Source: Bauldia sp. (GTDB lineage: Bacteria > Pseudomonadota > Alphaproteobacteria > Rhizobiales > Kaistiaceae). From it: 64,000 nt of DNA. The notes under the pieces are model-generated. The model was not told where the DNA came from. It did no database searches and saw only the letters and a list, made by a program, of their open reading frames with translations. This document shows positions 1 through 9,485 of this stretch, piece by piece. Both the position numbers and the translations under genes were made by a program. The stretch is taken from the NCBI GenBank assembly GCA_020853895.1, contig JADYYB010000121.1:470-64469 (forward strand). The letters are read 5' to 3'. Every line of letters begins with the position of its first letter. Position 1 is the stretch's first letter.

Positions 1-593
1 TCCACCTGTTCTCCTCCAGAGCCGAAGACCGCCAGCACGTCCCGCATCTGCAACTGGCTGTTCGGATTGGTTGGGTTGAGTAGAACCGCCAGGGGCCTGT
101 CGCCCTCGCCCGGTACGGCCTCTATGAGGAGTCCGAGCCGCTTGGCTTCGAGGACGTTGCTGAGGATGTTGACCCCGGTTACGTTGGCGCCAGGTTGGTT
201 GAGACTCTCTACCAGCCCGAGTGAGACGGGATCTCCACCGGTATTGAATACGATTGGAATGATCGCGGTGGCTGTCTTGGCCGCCAATGCCGTCGCCGCA
301 CCGCCACTGCTGAAGATGACGTCCACGTCGCGCTCGACAAGTTCGGCGGCAAGACCGGCAAGGCGCGTGCTATCACCTTCCGCCCATCGATATTCCACGG
401 TCACGTTCTCGCCCTCGACATAGCCGGCCTGAAGCAACCCCTCGTGGAAGGCTGTGACCAAATGTTCGAATGGTCCAGCAGATTGACTGCTCAGGAATCC
501 GACGACAGGCGGGTCGGAAGCCTGCGCTGCCGCGTCTGCTGGACAGGCGCACGCCGCGGCGAGAAGAACGAAGCACCAGTCTTTGGCCGACAT
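1..593 (-). CDS. ABC transporter substrate-binding protein (ABC_sub_bind/PF04392-like), 3' end cut by window edge
   Basis: My own minus-strand translation from the ATG at 593-591 reads MSAKDWCFVLLAAACACPADAAAQASDPPVVGFLSSQS...EGENVTVEYRWAEGD...IPIVFNTGGDPV. This is a signal peptide followed by SBP-like motifs. The ORF is absent from the track because there is no stop inside the window. Confidence 0.55.
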   Translation of the reverse strand, partial: MSAKDWCFVLLAAACACPADAAAQASDPPVVGFLSSQSAGPFEHLVTAFHEGLLQAGYVEGENVTVEYRWAEGDSTRLAGLAAELVERDVDVIFSSGGAATALAAKTATAIIPIVFNTGGDPVSLGLVESLNQPGANVTGVNILSNVLEAKRLGLLIEAVPGEGDRPLAVLLNPTNPNSQLQMRDVLAVFGSGGEQV

Positions 594-1323
594 TTCACTC
601 GCCCCTCGTGCAAGCTGGGAGGGCTGGTCGAGAAGGGTACCGAGCAAGCAGGAGGGTGCCTACTGAGTGCTGAATAGTATGGCATAGTTCGAGCGGTCGT
701 CCGACTCGTTCGCTTCGATCGTAGCGAACTCGCCTTTCAGAAGTGCTGGAATTCAACGGTAGAGGCCAAGTAGCCCCGCCGATGACGACGCGGCAACCGC
801 GGTCGATGCGGTTCGTCTGGGGCTCGCTCAGCACCGCAGGTACCCGCCCGGCTGGGCGCTACGGAGCCCCCAGATCCAAGGTCGTGGGGCGACAGCGGCG
901 GCGCCCGCAGTTCGTTCAAGATCGGGTTCACGGCGGCCGACGCCGGCAGCGCAGAGTTCTTCTGCAGCGACGCCACGAAGGGGCCTCCGATGACCGACCC
1001 GGAAGGCAATGACTTTCACTTTCGACTGCCGCCACCACGACAGCGGCCGGTCTGCCACGGTCGCCGCTGGGACGGCGATCAAGACGCTGACCGAGTTCGG
1101 CGCGTCGATGCACAAGGTGAGGATGGTCGAAGAACGGGGATTTCGCCCCGTTCCTCCGGGTCACCATATCGCACGCCTGGACACGCCCACGCTGGCGCCC
1201 ACCGGGCTTAAGCGCCGCTGGCAGTTGCCTCCCACACAGTATCTAATTGGATGGCGCCACGAAGAAAGGCCGTATTCGGCCGTTCTCGGGAGTGTCACGG
1301 CGCGCTTCAAGGGAGGATTGAAG

Positions 1324-3255
1324 ATGAGCAGGAAGTGGAAATGGGCGGCGGCCATCGTGCCGTTGGCTTTGTCTGGAGGAATAGGCTCGGGAGTCGCGCA
1401 GGAGAGCGCGGCGCGGGGACCTACGGACTGCGTGGTGCAGCCTGGCGATGTCGTAGGCTGTCAGCCATCGGCGTTCGATCCGCCGCATCAGCAGATTCCG
1501 ACCCGGCGCATCAATGACAAGGGCGACCTCGATCCCAGTGCGACGGCCGAACAGGTGATGGCCGGCGCCCGTCTCGTCGAGGAACAACTGGGCCTCTTTC
1601 GGAACGTCGAGCATCTGCATTGGGTCCCCCTGGTGCCGTCCGTACTCGACCCGGCAACCGGCCAATATGCGGGCGGCGACATGGATGGAGAGGGCTCGGG
1701 ACGGGCCCTGACGATCATCGGGCAATGCCTCTTTGCGGGTCATTCAGTGCCCAGCGACGTCTCCCGCGACATTCAGATCTTCCGTCTCAGCGAAGACCCG
1801 ATCGCCAACCCCCCGGTGCAGGTCAGCTCGCTGCCGATGCCCCGGCCGGGCATGGACGACACGTTGATGTCGGGCAGCCTCTACACACGCGCGGATGGCA
1901 CGCAGACGATCACGCTCATCCGCGACAACAGCAACGACGACGGCGCGCTGTGGGCATACGAGGTGGACCCGGAGACCTGCCTCGTCACCAACGAGTCCGA
2001 GGAATATGATTTCGGCGGCGACTTCCACGAATTCGGAATGTGGATCGATCCGCAGAACGAGAAACGCGTGCTGATCGTTTCCGCGGCCGGAAGCGGCTCC
2101 GGTCGGCCCGACCCGCTGCGGCCGGGTCAACTGACGCCCGACATTCGGGTGATCGCCATCACCGACGCGACCACCGGCTACATCCTGCCCAAGCCGATTA
2201 CCCTGGCGCAGCATTCGCTCCAGGAAGTCGGCGGACCGGTGCGCGGGGAGCGTCCGGACGCCACCGGCCTCTTTGCCGACGGCCGATATCCCGACTACAC
2301 GCACCTGACGAACCTGCGGGGCACCGCCGGCGCCACCATGACCGCGCAGAACAACACCGTCCACCAGGCGACCTTCTCGGCCGACGGAGAGAGGATATAC
2401 GTCGCCGGCGGCGTGGCCGGGTTCTACGTGATCAACTCCGAAGCCATCGCCCATAACAGCGACGCGGACCTTGCCGCGGGAACCGCTGGCTGCAATTTCG
2501 AGTCGACCAATGTCTATGTCGATGGCGTCATCGGCGGAGATATCGACGGCGCCAGACTGGGAGAGGTCGTCAACGATTGCCTCCACATGGTGGTGAACGA
2601 TGATCCCGGCGTTCAGGAGCTGATCGCCCAGGGCAATTTCGGCGCCTATTTCGCGCTTCACGATCGCTCGCGTTTCGATCCCTTCCCGCCGATCCTTGCC
2701 TCGACGGGCATGCACAGCGCGATCGCGGTGCCCAATCGCCCGTCCCTCGATCAGCGGAACGACGCCGAACGGCCGGCCTATATCGTGCTGACGACCGAGC
2801 GCCCGGGCGCCGCCTGCCCGACGTCCTGGATGTACATTCTGAGCATCGAGATGGAGACATTCCCGACGGTGCTCAGCACATTCGGCGTGCCGCAGAACGA
2901 GGTCGCCACCTGTCTGGAGACGCCGATGCTGGAGCCCGACGGGGTGACGACCCGTCGTAATCTTGCCTGGCAGAACCACAATCCGACGGTGTTCGAGAAT
3001 CTGATCTTCGTGTCCTGGTACGGGCAAGGCGTGAGGGTGATCGACATCTCAAACCCGTTCGATCCGCGCGAGGTCGGGCACGCGGTGCCGGCCCCGGCGG
3101 GCGTCGCGAGATCCTATCCGGTGGTCCGTGATGGCCTCTTCTACTGGGTCGACAACGACACGGGCCTTCACGTGGCCCGCTACACCGGGCCGCGGGCCGA
3201 CGAACTCCCGCAGGACGGCAGAACCTACGAAGGCAACACCACGCCGCATTTCTAG
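1324..3255 (+). CDS. secreted beta-propeller protein, LVIVD-repeat-like
   Basis: Track ORF 1009..3255. The internal ATG at 1324 follows GGGAGGA and opens a signal peptide (MSRKWKWAAAIVPLALSGG). The C-terminal segment FENLIFVSWYGQGVRVIDISNPFDPREVGH resembles LVIVD repeats. Confidence 0.55.
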   Translation: MSRKWKWAAAIVPLALSGGIGSGVAQESAARGPTDCVVQPGDVVGCQPSAFDPPHQQIPTRRINDKGDLDPSATAEQVMAGARLVEEQLGLFRNVEHLHWVPLVPSVLDPATGQYAGGDMDGEGSGRALTIIGQCLFAGHSVPSDVSRDIQIFRLSEDPIANPPVQVSSLPMPRPGMDDTLMSGSLYTRADGTQTITLIRDNSNDDGALWAYEVDPETCLVTNESEEYDFGGDFHEFGMWIDPQNEKRVLIVSAAGSGSGRPDPLRPGQLTPDIRVIAITDATTGYILPKPITLAQHSLQEVGGPVRGERPDATGLFADGRYPDYTHLTNLRGTAGATMTAQNNTVHQATFSADGERIYVAGGVAGFYVINSEAIAHNSDADLAAGTAGCNFESTNVYVDGVIGGDIDGARLGEVVNDCLHMVVNDDPGVQELIAQGNFGAYFALHDRSRFDPFPPILASTGMHSAIAVPNRPSLDQRNDAERPAYIVLTTERPGAACPTSWMYILSIEMETFPTVLSTFGVPQNEVATCLETPMLEPDGVTTRRNLAWQNHNPTVFENLIFVSWYGQGVRVIDISNPFDPREVGHAVPAPAGVARSYPVVRDGLFYWVDNDTGLHVARYTGPRADELPQDGRTYEGNTTPHF

Positions 3256-3274
3256 GTCGCGGCCTATCCGATAA

Positions 3275-3298
3275 AGGGGGCCTCGCTCGAGGCCCCCT
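3275..3298 (+). terminator. GC-rich hairpin downstream of the LVIVD-like gene
   Basis: AGGGGGCCTC-gctc-GAGGCCCCCT lies 20 nt after the stop. There is no T-tract, as is common in GC-rich genomes. Confidence 0.4.
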
Positions 3299-4027
3299 GA
3301 TCGGAAGGCGGGTGGATATGCCCACAGTTCCGTCCGGGGAGCGGTGCCGGTGGCCGGCGGTTGAGCAGCAACCCCACCTCGAGTTGATGATCCACACCCC
3401 CATTTGCGGGAGCCTAGGCCTCTCAGACTGCGCGGGCCGCGGAGACGTCCTAGATCATCGACAATCTGCGAAGTGATCTCTGGTGGTTCGTTGAAGGAGG
3501 TTCAAGACGCAGCCCGAATATGAAGTCTCGGTCCGGAAGCATTGCGTCTCAAAACTCGCGGGAACGTCCGCATCTCGGCGGCTCCTGACATGAAGCCGCC
3601 GAGGTACTCCTTGGTCTCGTCTGGCAAGCAGCAGCACCGTTGGTACGGCCGGTCGACGGTGCGTTCGGGACCAGCGGCAGTCGCTAGAGCGCGGCTGAGC
3701 GTGACCCCTGAAATCCGTCAGCGGCGCTGAAGGCATTCGTGGGTCTGGCACGCGAATTCAGGGCGAGTCGGCAGGTGGGAAAGAATGCCAATCGTGGACG
3801 CTAGAGCTGCGATATTCGACGCGCTGAGAACAGCGGTGCCCTCCATCTGCCCTCCAGCCAAAAGCCTTTGTCTTTCCAATTTCTTACGAGAGATTCCCCA
3901 GCGAGCGATCAGGGAAATCGGACGAGCGATTCAGGGAAACAGCTCACGTTTTCAGGGAAGTCCTCCTTCTTGGAGGGAAGCGGTAGTGAGGCCGACGAGG
4001 AGCCCCGGCGGCCGTTGGTGCGGCACG

Positions 4028-4549
4028 CTATTTGCTGCTGATCGGGACCTTCTTGCTGAGCGTCTTCGGCGTTGCCGATTTCGGCATGGTCACGCGGAGA
4101 ACACCCTTGTCGAACCTGGCCGCGATCGCGGCGGAGTCGGCGTCCGGCGGCAGAACGAGGTCGCGGCGGAACGAGCCGAAGCGGCGCTCCGAGAGGTAGC
4201 GGCTGGCTTCCTTCTTCTCGGCTTCCTCCGTCTTCTCGCCGCGGATCGACAAGAGATCGCCGGAGACCGTCACTTCGATCTGCTCCGGATCGAGCCCAGG
4301 CAACTCCGCCGATACCTCATAGCCTTTGTCCGTTTCGGCGATGTCCACCGCCGGCATCGTCCGAAGGAAGGTGCCTTCGCCGAGAAGGCTCGGCGTCCAA
4401 TCCAGCCGCGGCCACGACCGGAAGCCGCGGCCGAAATCGGCGAAGAGCTCGTCGACGCGCCGGTGAAGCTCCGAGAGGGCCGGCCAGCCTGGGCCTTGGT
4501 CCGCCGGAGGGGTTTCGGATTTCTTGATAGCCACTGCTTTGTCAGCCAT
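4028..4549 (-). CDS. Hsp20/alpha-crystallin small heat-shock protein
   Basis: 173 aa. The alpha-crystallin domain reads AVDIAETDKGYEVSAELPGLDPEQIEVTVSGDLLSIRGEK...ERRFGSFRRDLVLP...GVLRVTMPK. Confidence 0.95.
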   Translation of the reverse strand: MADKAVAIKKSETPPADQGPGWPALSELHRRVDELFADFGRGFRSWPRLDWTPSLLGEGTFLRTMPAVDIAETDKGYEVSAELPGLDPEQIEVTVSGDLLSIRGEKTEEAEKKEASRYLSERRFGSFRRDLVLPPDADSAAIAARFDKGVLRVTMPKSATPKTLSKKVPISSK

Positions 4550-4631
4550 CTCTGACTCCTCTGTCGAAGAATGCGTAGGTCCGCATAGAGGGCCTGCAAC
4601 GACATGATGTCGGAGACCGCACGTGGCACCT

Positions 4632-4645
4632 TTGATTCAGCTCAA
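4632..4645. promoter_or_regulatory. FNR/FixK-type box TTGATTCAGCTCAA
   Basis: Perfect TTGA-N6-TCAA. The box centre is about 89 bp upstream of the hsp20 ATG (4549) and about 122 bp from the divergent hydrolase ATG (4761). Confidence 0.6.
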
Positions 4646-4760
4646 CGTGCAACCACAGGTCCCAAGCCGGGCCAGCTGCTCCCGGACTTCTCAACACAAG
4701 AAGGAGTCCGCCGACGGCGAATTGAGATGCATCAAAGCGGCCGCCCACGCCTCCGGATAC

Positions 4761-6506
4761 ATGCGACCGTTCACTGATCTCTCGATGGGAGACACGCGAA
4801 TGCTCGACGGACTGGAGACAACGACCAAGCGCGTCAGATTTGGTGACGAAGAGATAGACGTCACCTATCGCAGTTTCGCCAAGGGTGGCGGAATGGGAAT
4901 GCACTACGATCCGTATCAGCCGGGAGTCTCGGTCGCCAACGGCATTCGCTACGAGCGCGACGTCGCGGTGAAGATGCGTGACGGCGTGACCATCTACGTG
5001 GACGTCTACCGGCCGGACGGCCAGACCAACCTTCCCGCGGTCATATGCTGGAGTCCGTTCGGCAAGCGCCACTTCTACGCTGACCCCCCGGGGTTCTTGC
5101 CGCTCGGCGTGCCGCCCGGGACCGTCTCAAAGATGACGAAGTTCGAGGCGCCCGACCCCGGATGGTGGTGCCACCAAGGCTACGCCATCATCAATCCTGA
5201 TGCCCGCGGTTCCGGCTCTTCCGAAGGCGACCTCGCTACCTTTGGTACCCAGGAAGCGCAGGATGGCGCCGATCTCGTCGAGTGGGTCGGCACCCGCGAC
5301 TGGAGCAACGGCAAGGTCGGCATGGCCGGCAACTCGTGGCTGGCAATGACGCAATGGATCATCGCCGCCGAGAAGCCCCCTCACCTCGCCTGCATCGCGC
5401 CCTGGCAAGGCTGCGTCGACATCTATCGTGAGTTCGTCTGCATGGGTGGCGTGCCCGAGGTGGGCTTCAACGGCTGGCTGCTGGGCATGCTGAACGGACC
5501 CAATCGCGAGGAGGATTACGTCGCGATGGTCCGTAAGCATCCGACGATCAACGGCTATTGGAAAGACAAGATCGCCAGGCTCGCCGAGATCGAAATACCC
5601 GCCTATGTCACCGCGGGCTGGAGCCATTTCCACCTGCGCGGCTCCTTTGAGGGCTTCCGTCACATCTCGTCGCCGCGGAAATGGCTTCGCGTCAACCGCG
5701 ACTTCGAGTGGCCGGACATGTACACGCCGGCTAACATGGAGGATCTGAGGCTCTTCTTCGACCGGTATCTGAAGGACATCAACAACGGTTGGGAGATGAC
5801 GCCGCGCATCCGCATCGACGTCATGGATGCTGGAGAATGGGACTTCCAGCTGGCCCGTCCGGAGAAGGAGTTCCCGCTCGCCCGCACCGAGTACAGGAAG
5901 CTCTTTCTGGACGCGCCGAGCGGGACCCTTTCATACCAGTCGGTTGGAAAGGAGGGGCACGCCAGCTACGAGGCGGCGTCCGGACAGCTGTCTTTCGACA
6001 TCACCTTCGACAAGGACACCGAGATCACCGGCTATATGAAGCTGCGGCTCTGGGTGGAAGCCGAAGGCGCCGATGACATGGACATCTTCGTTGCGGTGCA
6101 GAAAGCCGACGAGGACGGTGAATACCTGCCGACCCTCGTGCTCGGCGAACCGCATCCGGGAGCTCCCGGCCTGCTTCGGGTTTCGCATCGCGAGCTGGAC
6201 AGCGAGAAGTCGACGGAGTTTCAGCCGGTCCACACACATCGTGCCGAGCAATTGCTGAAGCCCCACGAGATCGTTCCGGTCGACATCGAGATCTGGCCGA
6301 CCAGCAAGATATGGCACGCCGGCCAGAGACTGCGCCTCGTGATCTCCGGCCACTACGTGCGCAAGCCCGGCTGGTTCGAGCCGTTCCAGTGGGAGACGCG
6401 CAACGCCGGAAAGCACGTCATCCATACGGGCGGCAAGTACGATTCCCACCTTCTCGTGCCCGAGATTCCGCCAAGATACCGGGCCGGCGAGTACGTCTAT
6501 CGCTAG
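4761..6506 (+). CDS. CocE/NonD family hydrolase (S15 X-Pro dipeptidyl-peptidase-like)
   Basis: Track ORF 4623..6506. Family-typical segments are VYRPDG...PAVICWSPFGK, INPDARGSGSSEGD and GMAGNSWLAMTQW (nucleophile elbow GxSW). The start is set at ATG 4761; 4785 and 4800 are also possible. Confidence 0.85.
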   Translation: MRPFTDLSMGDTRMLDGLETTTKRVRFGDEEIDVTYRSFAKGGGMGMHYDPYQPGVSVANGIRYERDVAVKMRDGVTIYVDVYRPDGQTNLPAVICWSPFGKRHFYADPPGFLPLGVPPGTVSKMTKFEAPDPGWWCHQGYAIINPDARGSGSSEGDLATFGTQEAQDGADLVEWVGTRDWSNGKVGMAGNSWLAMTQWIIAAEKPPHLACIAPWQGCVDIYREFVCMGGVPEVGFNGWLLGMLNGPNREEDYVAMVRKHPTINGYWKDKIARLAEIEIPAYVTAGWSHFHLRGSFEGFRHISSPRKWLRVNRDFEWPDMYTPANMEDLRLFFDRYLKDINNGWEMTPRIRIDVMDAGEWDFQLARPEKEFPLARTEYRKLFLDAPSGTLSYQSVGKEGHASYEAASGQLSFDITFDKDTEITGYMKLRLWVEAEGADDMDIFVAVQKADEDGEYLPTLVLGEPHPGAPGLLRVSHRELDSEKSTEFQPVHTHRAEQLLKPHEIVPVDIEIWPTSKIWHAGQRLRLVISGHYVRKPGWFEPFQWETRNAGKHVIHTGGKYDSHLLVPEIPPRYRAGEYVYR

Positions 6507-6522
6507 ACAGTCCCGAAAGCGC

Positions 6523-6550
6523 GTCGTGGCCCGCTTCAGTGGGCCACGAC
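6523..6550 (+). terminator. hairpin after the hydrolase gene
   Basis: GTCGTGGCCC-gcttcagt-GGGCCACGAC, a perfect 10-bp stem, lies 17 nt after the stop at 6506. Confidence 0.45.
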
Positions 6551-6572
6551 CTGAGTACAAAGGACATCCGAC

Positions 6573-6821
6573 ATGACCGTCGAGCAGACCACGGCCGAGC
6601 GCGTCGTCGCGGAGATCGCGCGCATCTTCAAGAAGGACGCGAGCGAGATCACCAGACAGACGCGCTTTGCGGAGGACCTGGGAGCAAAGTCCGTCAACAT
6701 CGTTCAGCTGGTAGCGGTCCTCGAGAACAATTTCGGAATCGCCATCCCGTTCATGGAAGCCAAACGGCAGCTGACCGTGGGTGACGCGATCGACTTCGTC
6801 GTCCGGCTCCGCAAGGCCTAG
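6573..6821 (+). CDS. acyl carrier protein-like (atypical AKS instead of DSL/ADS attachment motif)
   Basis: 82 aa with a four-helix ACP pattern: FAEDLGAKSVNIVQLVAVLENNFGIAIP. The ATG is preceded by AAAGGA. Confidence 0.75.
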   Translation: MTVEQTTAERVVAEIARIFKKDASEITRQTRFAEDLGAKSVNIVQLVAVLENNFGIAIPFMEAKRQLTVGDAIDFVVRLRKA

Positions 6822-6826
6822 GAATC

Positions 6827-7798
6827 ATGAATCTGATGACTCGCCTTGCGGAGCGCGCCAAAGCCGCCCGGCCGCGTGTCGTCTTCCCCGAGGGAGAGGA
6901 CGACACCATCATCGAGGCGGCAAGGCAAATCGCAGCCGCGGGCATCGCGCGGCCTCTGCTGATCGGTAACGAAACGAAGATCGTCGCACGTGGTGGCTCT
7001 GCCATGGACATCGTGGATCCCGCGGTCTCGCCCAGATGCGGGGCCTACGCGGCCGCCTACGCCAGGCAAGAGGACTTCCCCGAGGACGCCGCAGCACACA
7101 TGCTGAGGCATCCGGTCAACTTCGCGGCCGCCATGGCCGGTGCAGGCGACGCCGACGCCATGGTCGCCGGCTTTGCCTACGGTACGGCGCAGGTGATCCT
7201 GTCGAGCCGGATGTTCATCGGAATGCGCGAAGGCGCCCAGACCGCCTCGAGCTTCTTCGTCATGGACGTTCCCGGTTGGAGTGGCGGCGAGGACGGGCTG
7301 GTCGTCTTCGCCGACTGCGCCGTGAACCCCAACCCTACTGCGGACGAGCTGGCCGACATCGCGATCGCCACGGCCACCAGCGTCAGGGAGCTCCTGGGCT
7401 GGGACCCGCGCGTCGCGATGCTCTCGTTCTCCACCCGAGGCAGCTCGACCCATCCCGATGTCGACAAGGTGCTGGAGGCGCTTCGGATTGTCCGCGAGCG
7501 GCAGCCGGACCTGTCCGTCGACGGCGAAATGCAGGCCGATACGGCGCTCGACGAGCACGTGGCGAAGAAGAAGATGGGAGAGGCCGGATCCGTGGCTGGC
7601 CGCGCAAACATCCTGATCTTCCCCGATCTGGACGCGGGCAACATCGGCTACAAGCTTGTCCAGCGGCTCGCCCGGGCTGCTGCCTTCGGTCCCTTGTTCC
7701 AAGGGTTCCGCCGGCCGGTAAGTGATCTGTCGAAGGGCGCCAGCATCGAGGACATCGTCGGCGCCACGACGCTGGCGGCCGCATGGGCCGCGGCCTGA
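6827..7798 (+). CDS. pta: phosphate acetyltransferase (short-form Pta/PTA_PTB family)
   Basis: 323 aa: RVVFPEGEDDTIIEAA...FADCAVNPNPTADELADIA...SFSTRGS...PDLDAGNIGYKL. The start lies 5 nt after the ACP stop. Confidence 0.9.
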   Translation: MNLMTRLAERAKAARPRVVFPEGEDDTIIEAARQIAAAGIARPLLIGNETKIVARGGSAMDIVDPAVSPRCGAYAAAYARQEDFPEDAAAHMLRHPVNFAAAMAGAGDADAMVAGFAYGTAQVILSSRMFIGMREGAQTASSFFVMDVPGWSGGEDGLVVFADCAVNPNPTADELADIAIATATSVRELLGWDPRVAMLSFSTRGSSTHPDVDKVLEALRIVRERQPDLSVDGEMQADTALDEHVAKKKMGEAGSVAGRANILIFPDLDAGNIGYKLVQRLARAAAFGPLFQGFRRPVSDLSKGASIEDIVGATTLAAAWAAA

Positions 7799-7837
7799 CC
7801 TCGAGTAACATCCTCGTCGGTCAGCGCTGCAGCTCCG

Positions 7838-8212
7838 TCAATCGAGCGCTGCAACGGCGATCGCGTAGTCACCGTCGAATGAGAGGCTGAGCCGGACCTC
7901 TCTCACACCCCGCTCGCGTGCGACTTCGGCAAAACGTCCCGTGAGCAGAACGCGAGGCTCGTCGTTGGCCCCCTCGAAGACCGCAATGTCCATCGGGGAC
8001 ATCCGGTCCTCCCAGCGGATGGCAAATGCCTTCAACACTGCTTCCTTCGCAGCAAATGCCATGGCCAGCCACGCGACGGGGTCCGGCTTCCTGCGTGACA
8101 GCTCCTGCTCGCCCTCGGTGAAGGTCTTGTCGACGAAAGCTTCCCCGCCCAGGTCGATCGCGTCCCGCATCCGCGCCAGCTGCACGAGATCGACGCCGAT
8201 ACCGGGAGTCAT
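7838..8212 (-). CDS. acpS: holo-[acyl-carrier-protein] synthase (4'-phosphopantetheinyl transferase)
   Basis: 124 aa: GIGVDLVQLARM...AFAAKEAVLKAF...LSLSFDGDYAIAVAAL, which aligns with E. coli AcpS. Its start overlaps the ackA stop (ATGA). Confidence 0.85.
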   Translation of the reverse strand: MTPGIGVDLVQLARMRDAIDLGGEAFVDKTFTEGEQELSRRKPDPVAWLAMAFAAKEAVLKAFAIRWEDRMSPMDIAVFEGANDEPRVLLTGRFAEVARERGVREVRLSLSFDGDYAIAVAALD

Positions 8213-9378
8213 GACCTGGATTTCATCGCGCCGGCGTTTCCGATCAACGCCATCGCCTCTCGGGCGATCTGCAGCTCTTCATTGGCCTTCACGATCAGGG
8301 TATCGATTCCCTTGCCGGTGCCAATGCTGCGGACTGGCTCCTCAGCGGTCCGTTCATTCCGTTCATCGTCGATGAGGAGACCAAGCTGCGGCAGGCTCCG
8401 AGAGATCTCGCGCCGTATCCAGCAGTCGTTTTCGCCGACCCCACCGGTGAAGACGAGTGCATCGGGGGGCCAGGCAAGTCCAGCGTAGCCGCCGATGTAC
8501 TTACATGCGCGGTGGACATACATCTCGCGCGCCAGTCTCGCGCTGCTGTCGCCTCCTTCGGCTCTCTTCGCCACGGTCAGCATGTCGGCTTCGCCTGCGA
8601 TGCCCTTCACGCCACTGTCGTAGTTCAGCAGGCGATCGATTTCCGCGACATCCACCCCGTCGCGCGACAGGATCAGGGCGATCGCGGGATCGATGTCGCC
8701 GGCTCGCGTCTGCATCATCACGCCTTCCAGAGGCGAGAGACCCATGGACGTGTCAACCGACCGGCCGCCCTGGACGGCCGTGATCGAGGCGCCCGCGCCA
8801 AGATGGGCGATGATGAGATTCAAGGTCGCGGGCGGCCGGCCCAGATAGCCCGCCACTGCGCCAAGCGCCCAGGCGCAGCTGGTCCCGTGGAACCCGTAGC
8901 GTCGAATGCCGTGCCGGCGCGAGAGAGACGGCGGCAAGGGATAGGTCGATGCCGCCTCCGGCATGGTCTGATGGAAGGCGGTATCGAAGACGGCCACTTG
9001 AGGCACGCCGGGCTTGAGGTGTTGGGCGGCCCTGATGCCCTTGAGATTTGGCGGGTTGTGCAGGGGCGCGAGGACGGAATTCGTCTCGATCGCCGCACAC
9101 ACGTGATCGTCGACGATCACCGTCCTGGAAAAGTCCGGCCCACCATGGACCACCCGATGACCTATCGCATCGATCGGGTCTCCTCCGAAGACCGGATCGG
9201 CGGCGATCGCCGCGAATGCCATCTCGAGTCCCTCGTCATGATCGCGCGCCCGAGGACCTCCCGCACCGGCGCCTCCGATATTCTCGATGTGCCCCTCGCT
9301 GAGGATTCGCTCGTCCCTCATGTCGAAGAGCTTGTACCTGATGGACGAGCTTCCGCTGTTGAGCACCAGGATGCGCAT
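8209..9378 (-). CDS. ackA: acetate kinase
   Basis: 389 aa: MRILVLNSGSSSIRYKLF...GHRVVHGG...FDTAFHQTMP...GFHGTS...HLGAGASI. Confidence 0.95.
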   Translation of the reverse strand: MRILVLNSGSSSIRYKLFDMRDERILSEGHIENIGGAGAGGPRARDHDEGLEMAFAAIAADPVFGGDPIDAIGHRVVHGGPDFSRTVIVDDHVCAAIETNSVLAPLHNPPNLKGIRAAQHLKPGVPQVAVFDTAFHQTMPEAASTYPLPPSLSRRHGIRRYGFHGTSCAWALGAVAGYLGRPPATLNLIIAHLGAGASITAVQGGRSVDTSMGLSPLEGVMMQTRAGDIDPAIALILSRDGVDVAEIDRLLNYDSGVKGIAGEADMLTVAKRAEGGDSSARLAREMYVHRACKYIGGYAGLAWPPDALVFTGGVGENDCWIRREISRSLPQLGLLIDDERNERTAEEPVRSIGTGKGIDTLIVKANEELQIAREAMALIGNAGAMKSRS

Positions 9379-9485
9379 TGGAGAACGGTCCCACCTTCAA
9401 GCGTGATCTCGAGGATATTTGCTCAACCGGAGCGTCGCGACCAGTTCGCAGCCTCGACCGGGATGCAGGCCGGGCTCCTGAAGCC

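Noticed and set aside
594-1323. A possible gene in the 730-bp gap between the SBP gene and the LVIVD-like gene (track ORFs 737..1009(-), 743..1012(+), 828..1115(-)).
   Set aside because: The candidates overlap one another and have low-complexity translations with no RBS or motif support. The gap is left unannotated.
1744-3027. Long antisense or alternative-frame ORFs throughout the track. Examples: 1744..3027(-), 8512..9930(+), 24111..25079(-), 28985..30475(+), 29661..31154(-), 31644..33242(-), 33465..35630(+), 35646..36917(+), 36957..38897(+), 41348..42577(-), 46833..48437(+), 54624..55769(-).
   Set aside because: Each lies opposite to, or out of frame with, a gene that has clear family motifs. 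Their translations are Arg/Gly/Pro/Ala-rich and low in complexity, which is typical of shadow ORFs in GC-rich DNA. None has a plausible RBS or recognisable motifs.
4550-4631. A possible ROSE-type RNA thermometer in the hsp20 leader.
   Set aside because: I could not find the conserved ROSE terminal hairpin, in which an anti-SD U(U/C)GCU pairs with the SD and carries a bulged G. The only clear element upstream is the FNR box.
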